A DNA stretch of 64,000 nucleotides from Monocercomonoides exilis PA203 (Eukaryota > Protista > Preaxostyla). The stretch is taken from NCBI GenBank assembly GCA_001643675.2, contig LSRY02000038.1, positions 930,001-994,000 of the forward strand, read 5' to 3'. The notes beneath the pieces were generated by a model. That model was not told the DNA's origin. It was given only the letters and a program-made list of their open reading frames with translations, and made no database searches. A program made the translations under genes and the position numbers. The number at the start of each line of letters is the position of its first letter. Position 1 is the stretch's first letter. Shown here in pieces: positions 12,701 to 24,900 of the stretch.

Positions 12701-13646
12701 CTGCTTCCAAAAAGATTTTTGCAAAAGAAATTCACAAAAATTTCTTTCCCCATTCTCTTCAGTTTTTTCCGCCTGGCTCATTCTTCCAAACACTCTTCAG
12801 TTGCTGATTTCTCCCAATTTCTTCCAAGAATGTCCCAGAAAAAAGTACTGTTTCCACATCCCATATTTCATGCTCCCCAGGCGCTTCTGATAACACCTGA
12901 TCGCATCACACATCAATGGAATAAAAAAATACAAATACAAATAAAAAATGATATATGAAGAAAATGAACAAACAAGAATAAAATTCCTCCACAAATCTTC
13001 ATTTCTCTTCACTATCCCTCATCCTCTGTTTGTTTCTCTCCAAATAACTCTCCCCCGCGTCATCGACTTCAAGCGCCACGTCACTCCTTATCCTTACAAA
13101 TTCAATTCAATCCAAAATATTGCAGCAGGACCCGATCTTCATTTCGTCACAAACCTTTCAAAAGCAGTCCAATCTAAAAGAGAGAGAAAATCACATTTAA
13201 ATAAGTTAATAAAAAATTGAAGAAAATTTACAAACATTGGATATGTTTTCCTCCGTTATTGCTTCAAAAAATTTATTGTTGCATTCTCTTTATTATTTAA
13301 AAACGGTAGCTTTTCGTATTTATTGAATTTATAGAAATTAGCAACATAAAAAATAATACAGACGAAAATTCACAATGACAAACATTTAACACTATATTTT
13401 TTCTTGTTTCATTGAATAGATAATTTCATTTGAACTTTTAGGAGTTAAGAAATCGAATTTTAAGTTTGTAGTGATCATCATAAAAATATTATGGGTCTCC
13501 AAAATTGAAAATTTTGTTGAATATTATTTGATCGAATTTCGAAATTTCCCTCCTTGAATCGCTTGGCTTAATCGTGTAGATTAACGCTGTTGTGTTTGAA
13601 TTTTGAAAAAATGCAAACTGAAAGTGGTACAATTTACACCTATGCC
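9784..13646. mobile_element. Non-autonomous cargo-carrying DNA transposon (Merlin-like ends), 3863 bp
   Basis: ~406-bp TIRs (9784-10189 / 13241-13646) starting GGCATAGGTGTAAATTGTACCAC. Perfect 8-bp TSD CTCTGATT at 9776-9783 and 13647-13654. No transposase seen inside. Confidence 0.92.
10946..12960 (-). pseudogene. Captured, frameshifted Cys/Gly/Ser-rich surface-protein-family gene (GGAI / FxxC beta-helix-like repeats)
   Basis: Consecutive ORFs 11940-12440, 11442-11930, 11146-11493 and 10946-11149 contain NGGAIRM, HGGAIMC, YGGGLYF, YFFFFHDC...PYGHDV and HTEKKEWL...D...CG....C. The same motifs occur at 30578-31800. Confidence 0.75.
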
Positions 13647-16399
13647 CTCTGATTTTTTCACAAAATGAAAAAAGACTTATTTTCAAACAGAAATCAAGAT
13701 TATGGAAAGAATTTCAGGAAGAAACAAACATTAAGTTATCACTTTCTTATTTCTACAAACTTACGACACAATTTTATCGAGCAAAAAAGAGAACTGATGT
13801 ATGTGAAATGTGTGAAAAACTTGATCATTTGGAAAGAAAATTGAGGTCTGTCCCTTCTTCAAAAAGAAGCAAATCGGATATGAAAAATTTTTCAATTTTG
13901 AAAATGCACAAAACATATGCGGAATGGCAACGAAAACATTTTCAAAAAACAGCTCATGATTTGAAGGAGAATGAAGTAATACTGCTGTTTGATTTCAAAG
14001 AAAAATGGAAATTGCCGATCAGATTTCACCAGCTTCAGCAAGAATATTTTGATTACAAACAAATATCACATTTCACAGTGATTTCAATTCAAAAACAAAA
14101 TGATCAGTATATAAAAAAAAAACTTTCAACTTTTTATCAGAATGCCTATCAAATGGTTTTCGATTTGAAATAGAGTGTTTGCAATCGGTTTTGAAAAGAT
14201 CATTCTTCAAAAACTCTTCGACTTTCAAATTTTTCTGTGATTCCGGTCCTCATAACCGAAATCGCTTTGTGCTTCACTTTCTATTGCGAAGCAAATCTTC
14301 TTTTCTGAAAGGGAAAAAATGTGAAGTGAATAATTTCACAGAACATCACGGAAAGAACCTTTGTGATGGTGAATTCGGTGTTCTGGTTAACTCGGTTAAT
14401 AATTACCTTTCCGATGAGAATGTTTTATCATTGCAGGATTTGATTTCTTTTTTTAAAAAGCATGTTGAATCTCATACAGTTTCACAAGTCCCTATTTCAC
14501 AAAGGAAAAACCAATCAATTTCAACAAATATTTCTTCATCAGAGAATTCTCAATTTGAATTATCAGTGAATGACAGATATTTTGAAGAATATATTTCATC
14601 ACAACAGAAAGTTTGGCCTTCTTTAGTTATTCCACACATGAAAGATTTCTTGTTTTTTGAAAGTGAGAATAAGCATGTATTTGAATCTGAAGTCTGCATT
14701 TCTCCACAGCGCTGTTTAATTGATCTTCAAAGAACAATAAAGAATGAAACAGTTTTGAATGAAAGAAAAACATGTTCAAAGCAGCAAAACTCACAAAATG
14801 TCATCAACGTTCTTCAATCTTCAATTGAAATGATTTACAGACGAAACAGACTTTTGCGCAATTCATTAACATTTGATTTCTGTAATTGTCCCATATGCAT
14901 CATTGATCATTAAGCAAGATTTAAAGTGCATGCTCAGCTTTTGCTCCATCGGAAAAGCAAAAGACGTGGTATCAAGCATTAGATAAAATTAATCACTTTA
15001 TTTTTATCCAGACTTGGATATGGTTTGATATCTCCCAGGTGCACTTTTTAATCTTATCCGATTGGCTTATTGAGAATCAATGATTTTGAAAGATAATGAC
15101 CCAAATATTTCATATTAGCTGCTCCAAATGTTTATTCTTTGTAAATTAAAACATGTTAATGAAAAGACGTGAATGTTTGTGGAATCGTAAATCAATTTCT
15201 GTTGACGATTATGAACATCTCTTGATATTGGTGAGGAAATGTTATTTGTGCATTATTTGACGTCATTTGAAAATGCAATTTCAATATTGATCTTTGCAGA
15301 GAATGAGACAGTGTGCGAAGCGTAACTTATTGCAAATTCAAATCCATCTTAAAGTCTCAATTTTAATGAATAAGAAGGATTTCTTGTGGGATGCAAAGAT
15401 GTCGAACAAGAATGCTGTTGAAATTATTTTTCGCAGTTCTTTCTTTCAGTTTTGATGTTTGATTGTTGAATAATCTTTTGAAGGAAAATAAGTTGACAGT
15501 TAATGGAAATAGCTTCAAAGAAAAGGTTTTCTTGTGACTCATAAGATTTAAAGCTTATTCGGAAATTTTTCATCAAGCAATTTTCAACATTGCATGGATT
15601 GATAATTATTTTTCAAATGTTAATCATTTTGTTTCATTTGAGATTAACTTTTGAAGAATTGACCACTTTCATCAAATACATCATAATATTTCTTTTCATG
15701 AAAACATTTTCAACCTTAAAGTTTCATCACTCGACCGAAACTGTTTTTGGAATAATCTGATTTGCCAATTCATCACTTCGATTACTAGCATTGAATAATT
15801 CATTTAAAAAAAATAATTCATATGGCTAAATTTTTTTGAAAAGTGACATCAGATCAAAAATTTGACCCATGGAAGTTAATTTTTTGAACACTCCGTTTCC
15901 ATAATTCTAATTAGAAAAACTAACTTTCTCCACAGTTGTTGTTAGTTCATTGCAAACTTTTTTTATGAAAAAAAATATTTTGAATCAAAAAATTATATAT
16001 TCTGTTATGTGATCAAAATTAAAATAGCTTTTGAACAATGAATATGCTTTATCTTTCCTTAGTCCGTGTTGGAATAACTGAGTTTGAAATTGTTCAAGGT
16101 TTTTTTAATTCAATTTTTATTGAAAATTTAATCTTCTGTTGATGATTCTTATTTTTATTTGAACTGAAATCTTCAATTCCCAGAACGAAAAATTTCATTT
16201 CATTCTCCAATTATTGCTTATACATGTTCAAGAAAGCAATGAATATTCAAAGTTGAATGGTTTGCTGTTTTAATTTGTGTTGTGTTATTTATTCTTTATT
16301 TTTCAATTCTTTCTTTCTGTGTTGATAAAAAATTTGCAGCAGAGCAGCATTTCCTTGAAATGAAAAGATAAAGGAATATATCCTTCAAATGCGAAAGCC

Positions 16400-17040
16400 T
16401 TTGAAAAATGAAGAAGCACTATTTCGAATGACAGAGGTCATTATAAGCTTTATATAAAAAATAGTTCCTCCTAAGATGGATAAAAGAGAGTCCAAATTTC
16501 CTGATCTCCTCTTCATTAAGAACAAACATACCCAAATGGGGAAAGGGCATTTTTGTTATTTCACCAAATCTGGAAGGAACTGCAAAATCAGAAAAGATCA
16601 CATGTGTTACAGATTCATTGGATTCATTTGACAAAGTGAGAGGATTCGACAATGGAAATAACAGTGTTACCATCCCTTTGTGCGTTTATCTCCTTCCTGA
16701 TCCAACAGAAGAATATGTGAGCAATTCTGAGGCATGTGATCATTCACACTGTGGAACAGTCAAATTCCCTTGTTTGACGATGAAACATTCTATCATAAGA
16801 CAAACAGGAGAAATGAAAACTATTGTGAGTGGAAGGATTTTGATGAGTGATGAATTGACGTTTGCGGGACAAAAACACGAAGTTATAGGAAATGATGATC
16901 AAAGTGGCTGGACAGTCTCCGTTTTAACTTCATCATTAAACTCTGCGATGACAATAGCAAGAACTGAAACAGAATTATCACAACATTTCTTTTCTTTTCC
17001 TTCTTCGCCTTCTTCACCGTCCCAAATAACAATTTTCTGA
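16400..17040 (+). pseudogene. Fragment of a Cys-rich surface-protein family gene
   Basis: IPLCVYLLP...YVSNSEACDHSHCGTVKFPCLTMKHSI, a DxxxCGxxxxPCxT module. Upstream and downstream frames are broken. Confidence 0.55.
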
Positions 17041-18599
17041 ATTTTCAATATTTTGATCATCAAGTCAGAATGGATTGTTTGATTCACAGAAAAGTTGAAC
17101 ACTATTTTCTCCAGATCTGTATACAGCTCTCCCAGTTCCTATATTTCACAGTCATTATTATCGGATATTCCCACCAATTCACATGTATGCCAAATAACCA
17201 GCCTATTTTACGCTAATGTCTCCTCTGCGTTTGTTTTTTTCTCAATTTACACACCTGATGAATCTTCTCACATAAAATTTTATTCATTTTCATCAAACAA
17301 AATCCACCTTATTAAACATCTTCTTTTTCCTCTTCTTCATCTTCATTATACTCTGGAAATTCCTTCAACAAGCGCTAACTCTTTTCGCGCCTAATCTCGA
17401 CAAGCTGTTAATATCAAGCAGGCGAAGTGAAAGCGGAAGAAGTCCAAAGAATATCAATGCCTGCACGAGACGAGGAAAAGACAAGGAAAATGGATGATAA
17501 TTGAAGAGCCATTAAGGGGGAACATTTTGGGCATCTTTGTGGAAGCATATGTTCTGATCGAGAGCATTTATGAGTGCAAAGATGCACTTGAAGTTCAGAA
17601 GGATTATAAGAAACAGAAACTTAAAAGGAGAATGGAAAAAGTGTTGAGACAAGAAAAATATGAGGAGCTGGAGGAGGATGTTGAAAAGCAACATTAGCAA
17701 TTCCAGGTGATGGTTGGCTGCATGCAGACAGACAACGTCACAAGCATCCACCTCCACAATCATGTTCGTTTTCTCTTTTTGGAGAGCATGAACTGTCTTC
17801 TTCTCTACACTTTACACTATCTCCACAAAATTTGACGCCAATGATAATTCACACCTTGAAGAAGATATTATTTGCTTCTCAATTTGCTGCATCCTTATAA
17901 GCAAACTCAGTCGCTCGTTCGTCTTCCACTTCTTCTTCTTCTAATTTATGAACACCTTCTTCGTCTTCTTTCCATCAAATTCTTCTTCATTCTATCCTTC
18001 TTCTTCGCCTTCACTATCTCGAGTTAAATTTGCATCACCGCAGAATCCCTCGTCTTCACCAACATCAGTATCATCTTCTTCGTATAAAGTTTAATCTCTT
18101 CTTTTCTATCTTGCTCGACAGCTTCAAACTTTATTCCTCTTTGTTTGCCAAATCCGTATTAATTGACATGTGGTTTTTTCTTGCTTCAACAAGGGCGGAG
18201 CCTTGTTATTCATCCATTTCAAAAACATTTGTTGAACAGTACGAAATCTCAGTATTTATCTCCATCTCTTTTACAATAATCCTTTAAAATCTGATCATTA
18301 ATTCAAAGAATTATTAAATTAACTTCACTCACACTTTCGATTTTCTTCCTTTCACTCTCGTCATTTTCATTCTTCTTCCTATACGCTTCATTCATATCTT
18401 TCTTTTTGAGATGTTTCACTATCATCTTCGTCTTTCCTCTCCTGGTGATCGGATATTTCACATATTATTTCCATTTTCGATTTATAACCTTCACATTCAT
18501 TTGTGATAAACTTTTTGCCAACATTATCTTTCTCTTTTTCCGCTTTTTTCTCATCATTCCTCAGACTCTTCTCGCTCATTCCGTCAAATCAGTTTAACC

Positions 18600-19260
18600 T
18601 CCAAGGCGATAGAGCTGCATCTTCGATCATCATTCGCTCCACCTCAAGCGCCTTCTCAACAACCTCCCTCACTTCAACCCCTCACACAATCACTTCCTTT
18701 TCACGCTTCACCTTTCATGCGCATCAATATCGACTGAAGGGATTTTAGACGTGTTATCATTTTCGGTAATAGCGACGAGATAAGCAGTTCTTTGATTGAC
18801 GAATGCGCATTTATATCCGCTTCATAAAAGATCCGCTTGATCCCCGACTTTGTGCTCACCGACACTGCAAGAAAAAAAAGTTTCTCCACCAGCTGAACAA
18901 AAAGCATCACCGAAAGCACCACATCAGAGGTTCACACAACACCCCCATTCTGCACCGCCCTCCGCGCCACAATAATATCCCTCGAACTATATGTAGCACC
19001 CACAGCGATGGAAGGAGCAGCAACAGCATTAGCATGTACCGCGCATATACCCCAGCAGCCTCAGGCACCATTGACCGCAGCCACCACTCGATGTCATCCA
19101 TCGCTGCATCCGACGTGTATGACGCAGCCACCGCCGAGGCATTTGAATGGAAAATTGCAGGAGCTGATGATGAATGTGATAACTTCCAATCCCCTGTCGA
19201 ATCTTCTTTTCACTTCACAGCATCCGGCATTGCGAAAAAGACAATCACGCTGCTGTAGAT
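18600..19260 (-). pseudogene. Diverged paralogue of the gene fragment in the inverted-repeat arms
   Basis: PAIFHSNASAVAASYTSDAAMDDIEWWLR...YARYML aligns by eye with PAIDPSDAPILSASYTSATVMDGKERLLR...VIRYML at 24430-24600 and 2150-2320. Confidence 0.6.
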
Positions 19261-20480
19261 AAAATGTCAGAGCGAAGAGACGACTTCACAAAACAACTAC
19301 ATATGAAAAGGAAAATTAATCAGATGAGTAAATCTTCTATTTTCATTCAATATCGAAAAAATTAAACAGAATATCTTTTGAAAATACAAAAAATGATATG
19401 AAAAATTGAAGAAAAATGTACATGCTGAAATGACATAAACTTGATAACAACTAACTGTTTTATTCTCGACATGTAAATGGATTGTATTTTTGAGTTATTA
19501 ATAAATGAACAATTTTTTTGAAAATTTTCGCACCCTTCATGTTTTTATTAATACATTAATAACTGCTCTTTGAAAACAATTTTTTTGAATAGCTTTCAAT
19601 TATAGCAAGCATTGTTTCAATGAAATTTCCCCGAATAACAATTTCTAACGAAAAATCCTCCCATTTAAGCAAATTTAAATTTAATTAACATGTTACAAAG
19701 AAATATATTAATAACTTAAAAAATTTTCCAAAAATCAAAATGAATTTTCAGTTTGATGATATGAAAATGAAGTAATTATAACTAATAATATGTTTTCATC
19801 AAATAGCTTTAAAATAACAATTTTAAAAAGAAAATATTAAAAATTGCGAAACGTTAAAAAAGTATTTGTATTGTTCAAATTAAATATTTGTTGATGAGAG
19901 CAAAAAAAGATAACACAATAAAAAACAATATATGAAATGGGAACGGAATGATCGAAATCTTGTGATCTTTTTTGATCTTTTGTGGGACAAAATTTAAGTC
20001 ATGGAACTTTTCAAAAAAATTTTGCCATATATATTTGTTTCAAACATCATCAAAATTTTCACGAATTGATAATCAACTTAATATATGGAATAGTAGTATT
20101 TTTGAATTGTTAACAAATAACATTTAATAATTTTCATGCATTGAATCACCATCTCTTCCTTTGTTGTCTTGTATACTCAACTTCTTTTTATCGTCCTCTC
20201 CGCTTTATTTCATATCCTTCAACCTTTTTCAAATTGTCTTCTGTCATCTTTTTTTCACATCTTCTTCTTCTCTCCTCTCTTTATTCAACTTATTCTTCCA
20301 AATCTCTCTGCTTCTTCTCTCCTTTCTTTCTTCTTCTTTTTCCCAATCTTCATCTTCTCTCCTCTCCATCATTTCCATAATCATCATAATCATCATTATC
20401 ATCATCATTTTCTTCATCTTCTTCTAATGAAAAATACTCTAGATTATCTTTTAAAATAGTCACTCTACAATATTTACCAG

Positions 20481-21860
20481 AATGTCCATTTTGGCGCTGA
20501 ATACAGAGACAAGAAGGAAGAAGCAGCACTTTTGAAGATGATTGAGAAGGCAAAAGAAGAAGGCAAAAGAGAAGAAGAAGATAAAAGACGAGCAGAGGCC
20601 GAAGAGAAAGCAGCAGAAAAGAATGAAGAGAAAGGTGCAAGTGACACAGGAAGTGTGAAGAGCTATGCAAGCACAGGATCAGCCAACAGCTCAAATGCCT
20701 CAACCAACTCGTCGCAAGCAGCTGAATCTGTATTGAGATCCCCAAAGACATCTCTTATTTCTTCTTCTTCTTCCTCTCCTGCTGCAAATTTATCCACTTC
20801 CTCTTCCAACTCATTCTCAACTTCCTCTTCCTTCTTCCTCGGTGGCACTTTGCGTGGTGAGTCTCCTTTCACTCGGAAGGGTCTCTCAACAGGTCCTCTT
20901 CTGTCTGTTGGAGGCAGTTCTGGTGCACAGACACTGAAGACGAGCTATCTGCAGTCTCTGTAGGCGAAGCTGAAGCAGAGCACGAAGGCAGCAATGGACA
21001 AAGAGCGAATGAAGGCATCAAGAGAGGAAGGAGGAATGAGAGAAGGAGAGAAAGGAGGAGGGGAAGAAGAGAGAGGAGAGAGATAGAGAGAGGGCGATGT
21101 GAGTGCATCAGGAGAAAGAGAGAGAAGCGGAGAAAAAGGCATTGCGGAACTTATGAGGAGGAAATGGGGTGTGTTTGGAGTGAGTGGAGTGCATGAGGAA
21201 GAAGCAGATATCGAGTACTATGCGAAGGAAAGAGTGCTTTTGTTGAGGAAGAAAAGAATTGTGGCTGATGAGAAAGGCGAAGCAGCAGTTGTGAGAAGTG
21301 TGTTTGCGGTAAATGTGCAGTTTTTGTATGGAAAAATGCGAACGAAGAGGAAAACACGTGAAAAGAGGAAATTCTGAGAACCGTGGAGGAAGTGGAGAGA
21401 AGGAAGGCAGAGAAGGAGAAGAGAGAGAGAGAGAAAGAGAGAGAGAGAATAAGAGAGAGAGAGAGAAAGAGAGGAGCAGAAAGCGTCGCTGGCAATGCTT
21501 TCGAAGGAGAAAGGGAAGAACGACGAATGCGATGACGATTATCCGCTGCCTCCGAACTTTGGCAGGACGACAGCTGTGCTCAGCAGAGATGCTCTGAAGG
21601 AGTCTTCTGCTCGTTCGACAGCCGTGGCTGAGCCCAAGAACACGAGAGTGCACTCGCAACTGCAGACGCCGCTGGAGAAGGCGCTGGAGATGGAGCGGAA
21701 GGAGTAGGAGAAGGCAGCAATCGAAAGAGAAAAGGGGAAGGAGCTGTTGATGGACGACGAAAGTGTGCTGCACTCGCTCAAAGGAAGAGACATTGGAGAT
21801 GGAAGAATGCTGGCTGGACAGTCTAAACAGAATGAGAATGATAACTCTGCTGATCAGCCT
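20481..21860 (+). pseudogene. Charged/Ser-rich protein gene fragment (right-arm copy)
   Basis: Begins right after an acceptor-like TTTACCAG (ends 20480). In-frame TAG at 20961 and 21705, with coding-like sequence continuing after each. Confidence 0.5.
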
Positions 21861-23424
21861 GCACCATTTCCAAGCACTTCTTTGATTCCCTCTTCTTCTT
21901 CTTCCTTCTTCTTCTTCCTATTCTCTTCTTCTTCCTTTTTTCTTTGTTCTTCTTCCTTTCGAAGTCTTTCTTTCAATCTTTTTATCTTCCTTTCTATTTA
22001 TTTATTTATTTATTTATTTATTTATCTTTCTTTTCTTTCTTTTTCTTCTTTTTCATTCTTATTCTTTTTTTTATTGTTTCCTTTTTCTTTTTCTTTCTCT
22101 CTCCTCTCTTTCTTCTTCTTCTTCTTCTTCAAATGGAAGATTTTCTTTATGTTCAACTCAAAATGTCTTCGCTAATGTCTCTTCTTCTTCAAATCCTGCT
22201 CTTCTTCTTCTTCTTCTTCTTCTCACCTCTTCTTCATCTCCTTCTCCTTCTCCTTCTCTCCTCGCCTTCTTCTCCTTCTCTCCACTTCTTCTTTATGCTT
22301 CAACCTTCTTTTCCTTCTTTCTCTTTTCTCTCTTTTCTCTCTCTTTTCTCTCTCTCTCTCTTTTCTCTCTCTTTTCTCTCTCTTTTCTCTCTCTTTTCTC
22401 TCCCTTTTCTTATTCTTCTTTCTTTATCTTTTCTTCTTTCTTTTTCTTCTCTCTTTATCTTTTTTTCCTTTCAACTTCTTTCCTATTATCTTCTTTTTAT
22501 GCGGCTGTTCTATTTCCATATGTTTGTGAATTCAACTATTAAACCTCAAGCATCTTTCATTTAATATTTTCTTCTCTCATCTTTTCCTTAATCTTGTTTT
22601 TTTCTTTCTTCATATTTTTTTTTCTTTTAACTCCAGTTATAAAAAAAGATATCCCCTTAAAATTGTTTCAAATATTCAGATATTCTTTTTGTTACCGAAA
22701 TTTCAATCGTTCATTGACTATGTCATTGAATGTCACAGGAAAAAAATAAATTTATGAATTTTCAATAAAAAACAAAAATTAAATCATTACAAAGATCAAA
22801 GCTATTTGTTACAAACACAATGATTGAAATATATATTGTATGTTAAATGCTGAATGAAATAAAAGACAAATGAAAAGAAGGAAAATAATACGATCCAAAA
22901 AAGTTCAAATCATCAAAAATCAATAACAAAACCATATCCAGCATGCAACACCTGTTGAAACTTCTAATTCTTCTTCCGATCTTCTATGTTTGTTGTCGTT
23001 GTTATATGGGTGATTTTTTTTGAAATCATAAAAAAAGATCAAAAATCGAAAAAATGGAATCAATTGTGGTATTTTTTGATCAAAGAGTTACATTGATTTT
23101 TCATGAATATTGAGCTTTTATTTCTGCAATATATATTTGTTTAATTTATATATACAAAAATTACATACCTTTTTAATGTTTTTGTTGAAAATGGATTTTT
23201 ATGATCAAGTTCATTAAAAAAGTGCAAAATCAATCATTTAAAGAAAAATAGAAGTTTCAAGACTAACTGAACAGTACTAATAAATTTAAAAATAATACAG
23301 ATAGATATTAATATCCATAATTAGTTTTTTTAAAATTGGATGCAATGTTTTTTATATTTATTGATCTGAAACATCATCACCAAGTTCCTGCTCCAGCAGT
23401 TCATTCCAACGACTTTATAAAACA

Positions 23425-24900
23425 ATGAACAAAATGGAGGAGAAATTACAATCGAAGATCACAACAGAGTCAATTCCACTTTTCTTTCCTAATTATTCTT
23501 ATGAAATGATATTCTGGCATTCTTCTTTATCCGCTGCCCATCTTTCTTTAGTTTCTGCTCTCCTTCATCTGAATCCCCCATTTGATAATGTTGCCCATGC
23601 TGTATTCTTTTATCTCCAACACTTTTCTCTCCATTCATCTCATGACATCCTTTTATCGCTTCTCAAACGAAAAAAGAGCCATTAAGTTTTTTCTGCGAAT
23701 TCACTTCGTTCATTTTCTTTATTATCTTCTCCTCTCAGTCAGCTCCCTCTTCTTCAACCACACGTTCATCAACGGTCTCACTTTTCACAACCACAACATA
23801 TTCCACCTCACCTCTCTCGCAAACACCTTCTCCTTCAACTCCTTCAACAAGTTCAGCTGCTCCATGAGCAGCGTCAACTTGGCACACAGAAATCAACAAA
23901 CTTCAGAATGTGGACTCTTTCCTGACATGAAGATCAGCCGGTTCTGCGTGATCGAAGAGGTGAACGAAGGAAGAGGAAGAGGAAGGAGAAGGAGAAGGAG
24001 AAGGAGGAATAAGGATATTTTGCCAATGAAAATGATAGAAATGTTAAAGGTTATTCATTTAACTACAAATGACAAACAGATAGATACATGGAAATGCTGG
24101 GGAATAGTGAGAAAGAGACAGATCCTGCAATTATTGAGCTGACAGAAAAATTGTATTCTTCAATTTTCTCACAAAATGTTCCGATTTATCAGATTTTGGG
24201 AACATTTTCACTTGTCTCTTTCGGAATCTTCGCTTTGAACAAAAAAATTCCAAGTTATTCTCGAACTTTGATAGATGCTCTTCTTTCTCTTCCTCTATTC
24301 ATTCTTCTTTCTTCTTCTTTCTTCTACTGGAACAGCGTGCCTTTTAACTTCGCCATTCCAGAGGCGGAGAAGCGAAGAGAAGAAGATGGCAGGAGGTGAT
24401 AAGCCTTCTTCATCTTCGTCTTTGTCATCATCGCCTGCGATTGATCCTTCGGATGCACCGATCTTGTCAGCATCATACACGTCGGCAACAGTAATGGACG
24501 GTAAAGAAAGGCTGCTGAGATGAATTCGAGTTGCATGCGGCTGTCGTTGCTGCTGCTGTCGCCACGGGCATATGATGTGGTAATACGCTATATGCTGAGT
24601 GGAGTTGTTGTACATCCCTGTGATGAGGGGCTTTGGAGATGCTTTCTGTTTTGCAAATGGAGCAGATTCTTTCGTTTGCTGCTTCGATGTGAACGAAATC
24701 TTAGAGCAAATATCTGTTCTGCAGTGGATGCGAATTCGTTCTTGAAGGTTACAATCTGTCTGTCCTTTCGCTGCTTCTATCTGCGACAGTGTTGATGGAG
24801 TTTTTATCACCGCAGTCGATGCGTCTTATAACGAAAATAGACGACGAGGTGATTGGGCGAGGGATTACACAATCTAACGCAAGGAAGAAGCTGAAGAGAA
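23425..24900 (+). pseudogene. Degenerate multicopy gene (right-arm copy)
   Basis: Mirror of 1850-3321. Confidence 0.55.

Larger units (their letters stand above)
6750..14913 (+). pseudogene. Spliced Sola-like (Sola2-type motifs) DDD transposase with an internal USP peptidase domain, disrupted by two nested insertions
   Basis: Segments 6750-6933, 7005-7235, 7290-9294, 9747-9783 and 13655-14913 join in one frame. GT-AG introns at 6934-7004 and 7236-7289. One frameshift in the A-run ~14113-14122 and four internal TAR stops. C-terminal motifs KRTDVCEMC, H, FDFKEK, FFCDSGPHNRN and FTEHHGKNLCDGEFG match the CxxC / DFxE / xD / HGKxxCDG pattern I recall for Sola transposases. Confidence 0.8.

Noticed and set aside
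6255-16400. Terminal inverted repeats and TSD of the Sola-like element
   Set aside because: No convincing complementary pair found by eye upstream of 6750 and downstream of 14913; the ends remain undefined.
17095-18600. Short charged ORFs (also 27379-28183, 44561-45145, 47215-48195)
   Set aside because: Probably decayed gene fragments, but there is no recognisable motif or consistent frame to support a call.
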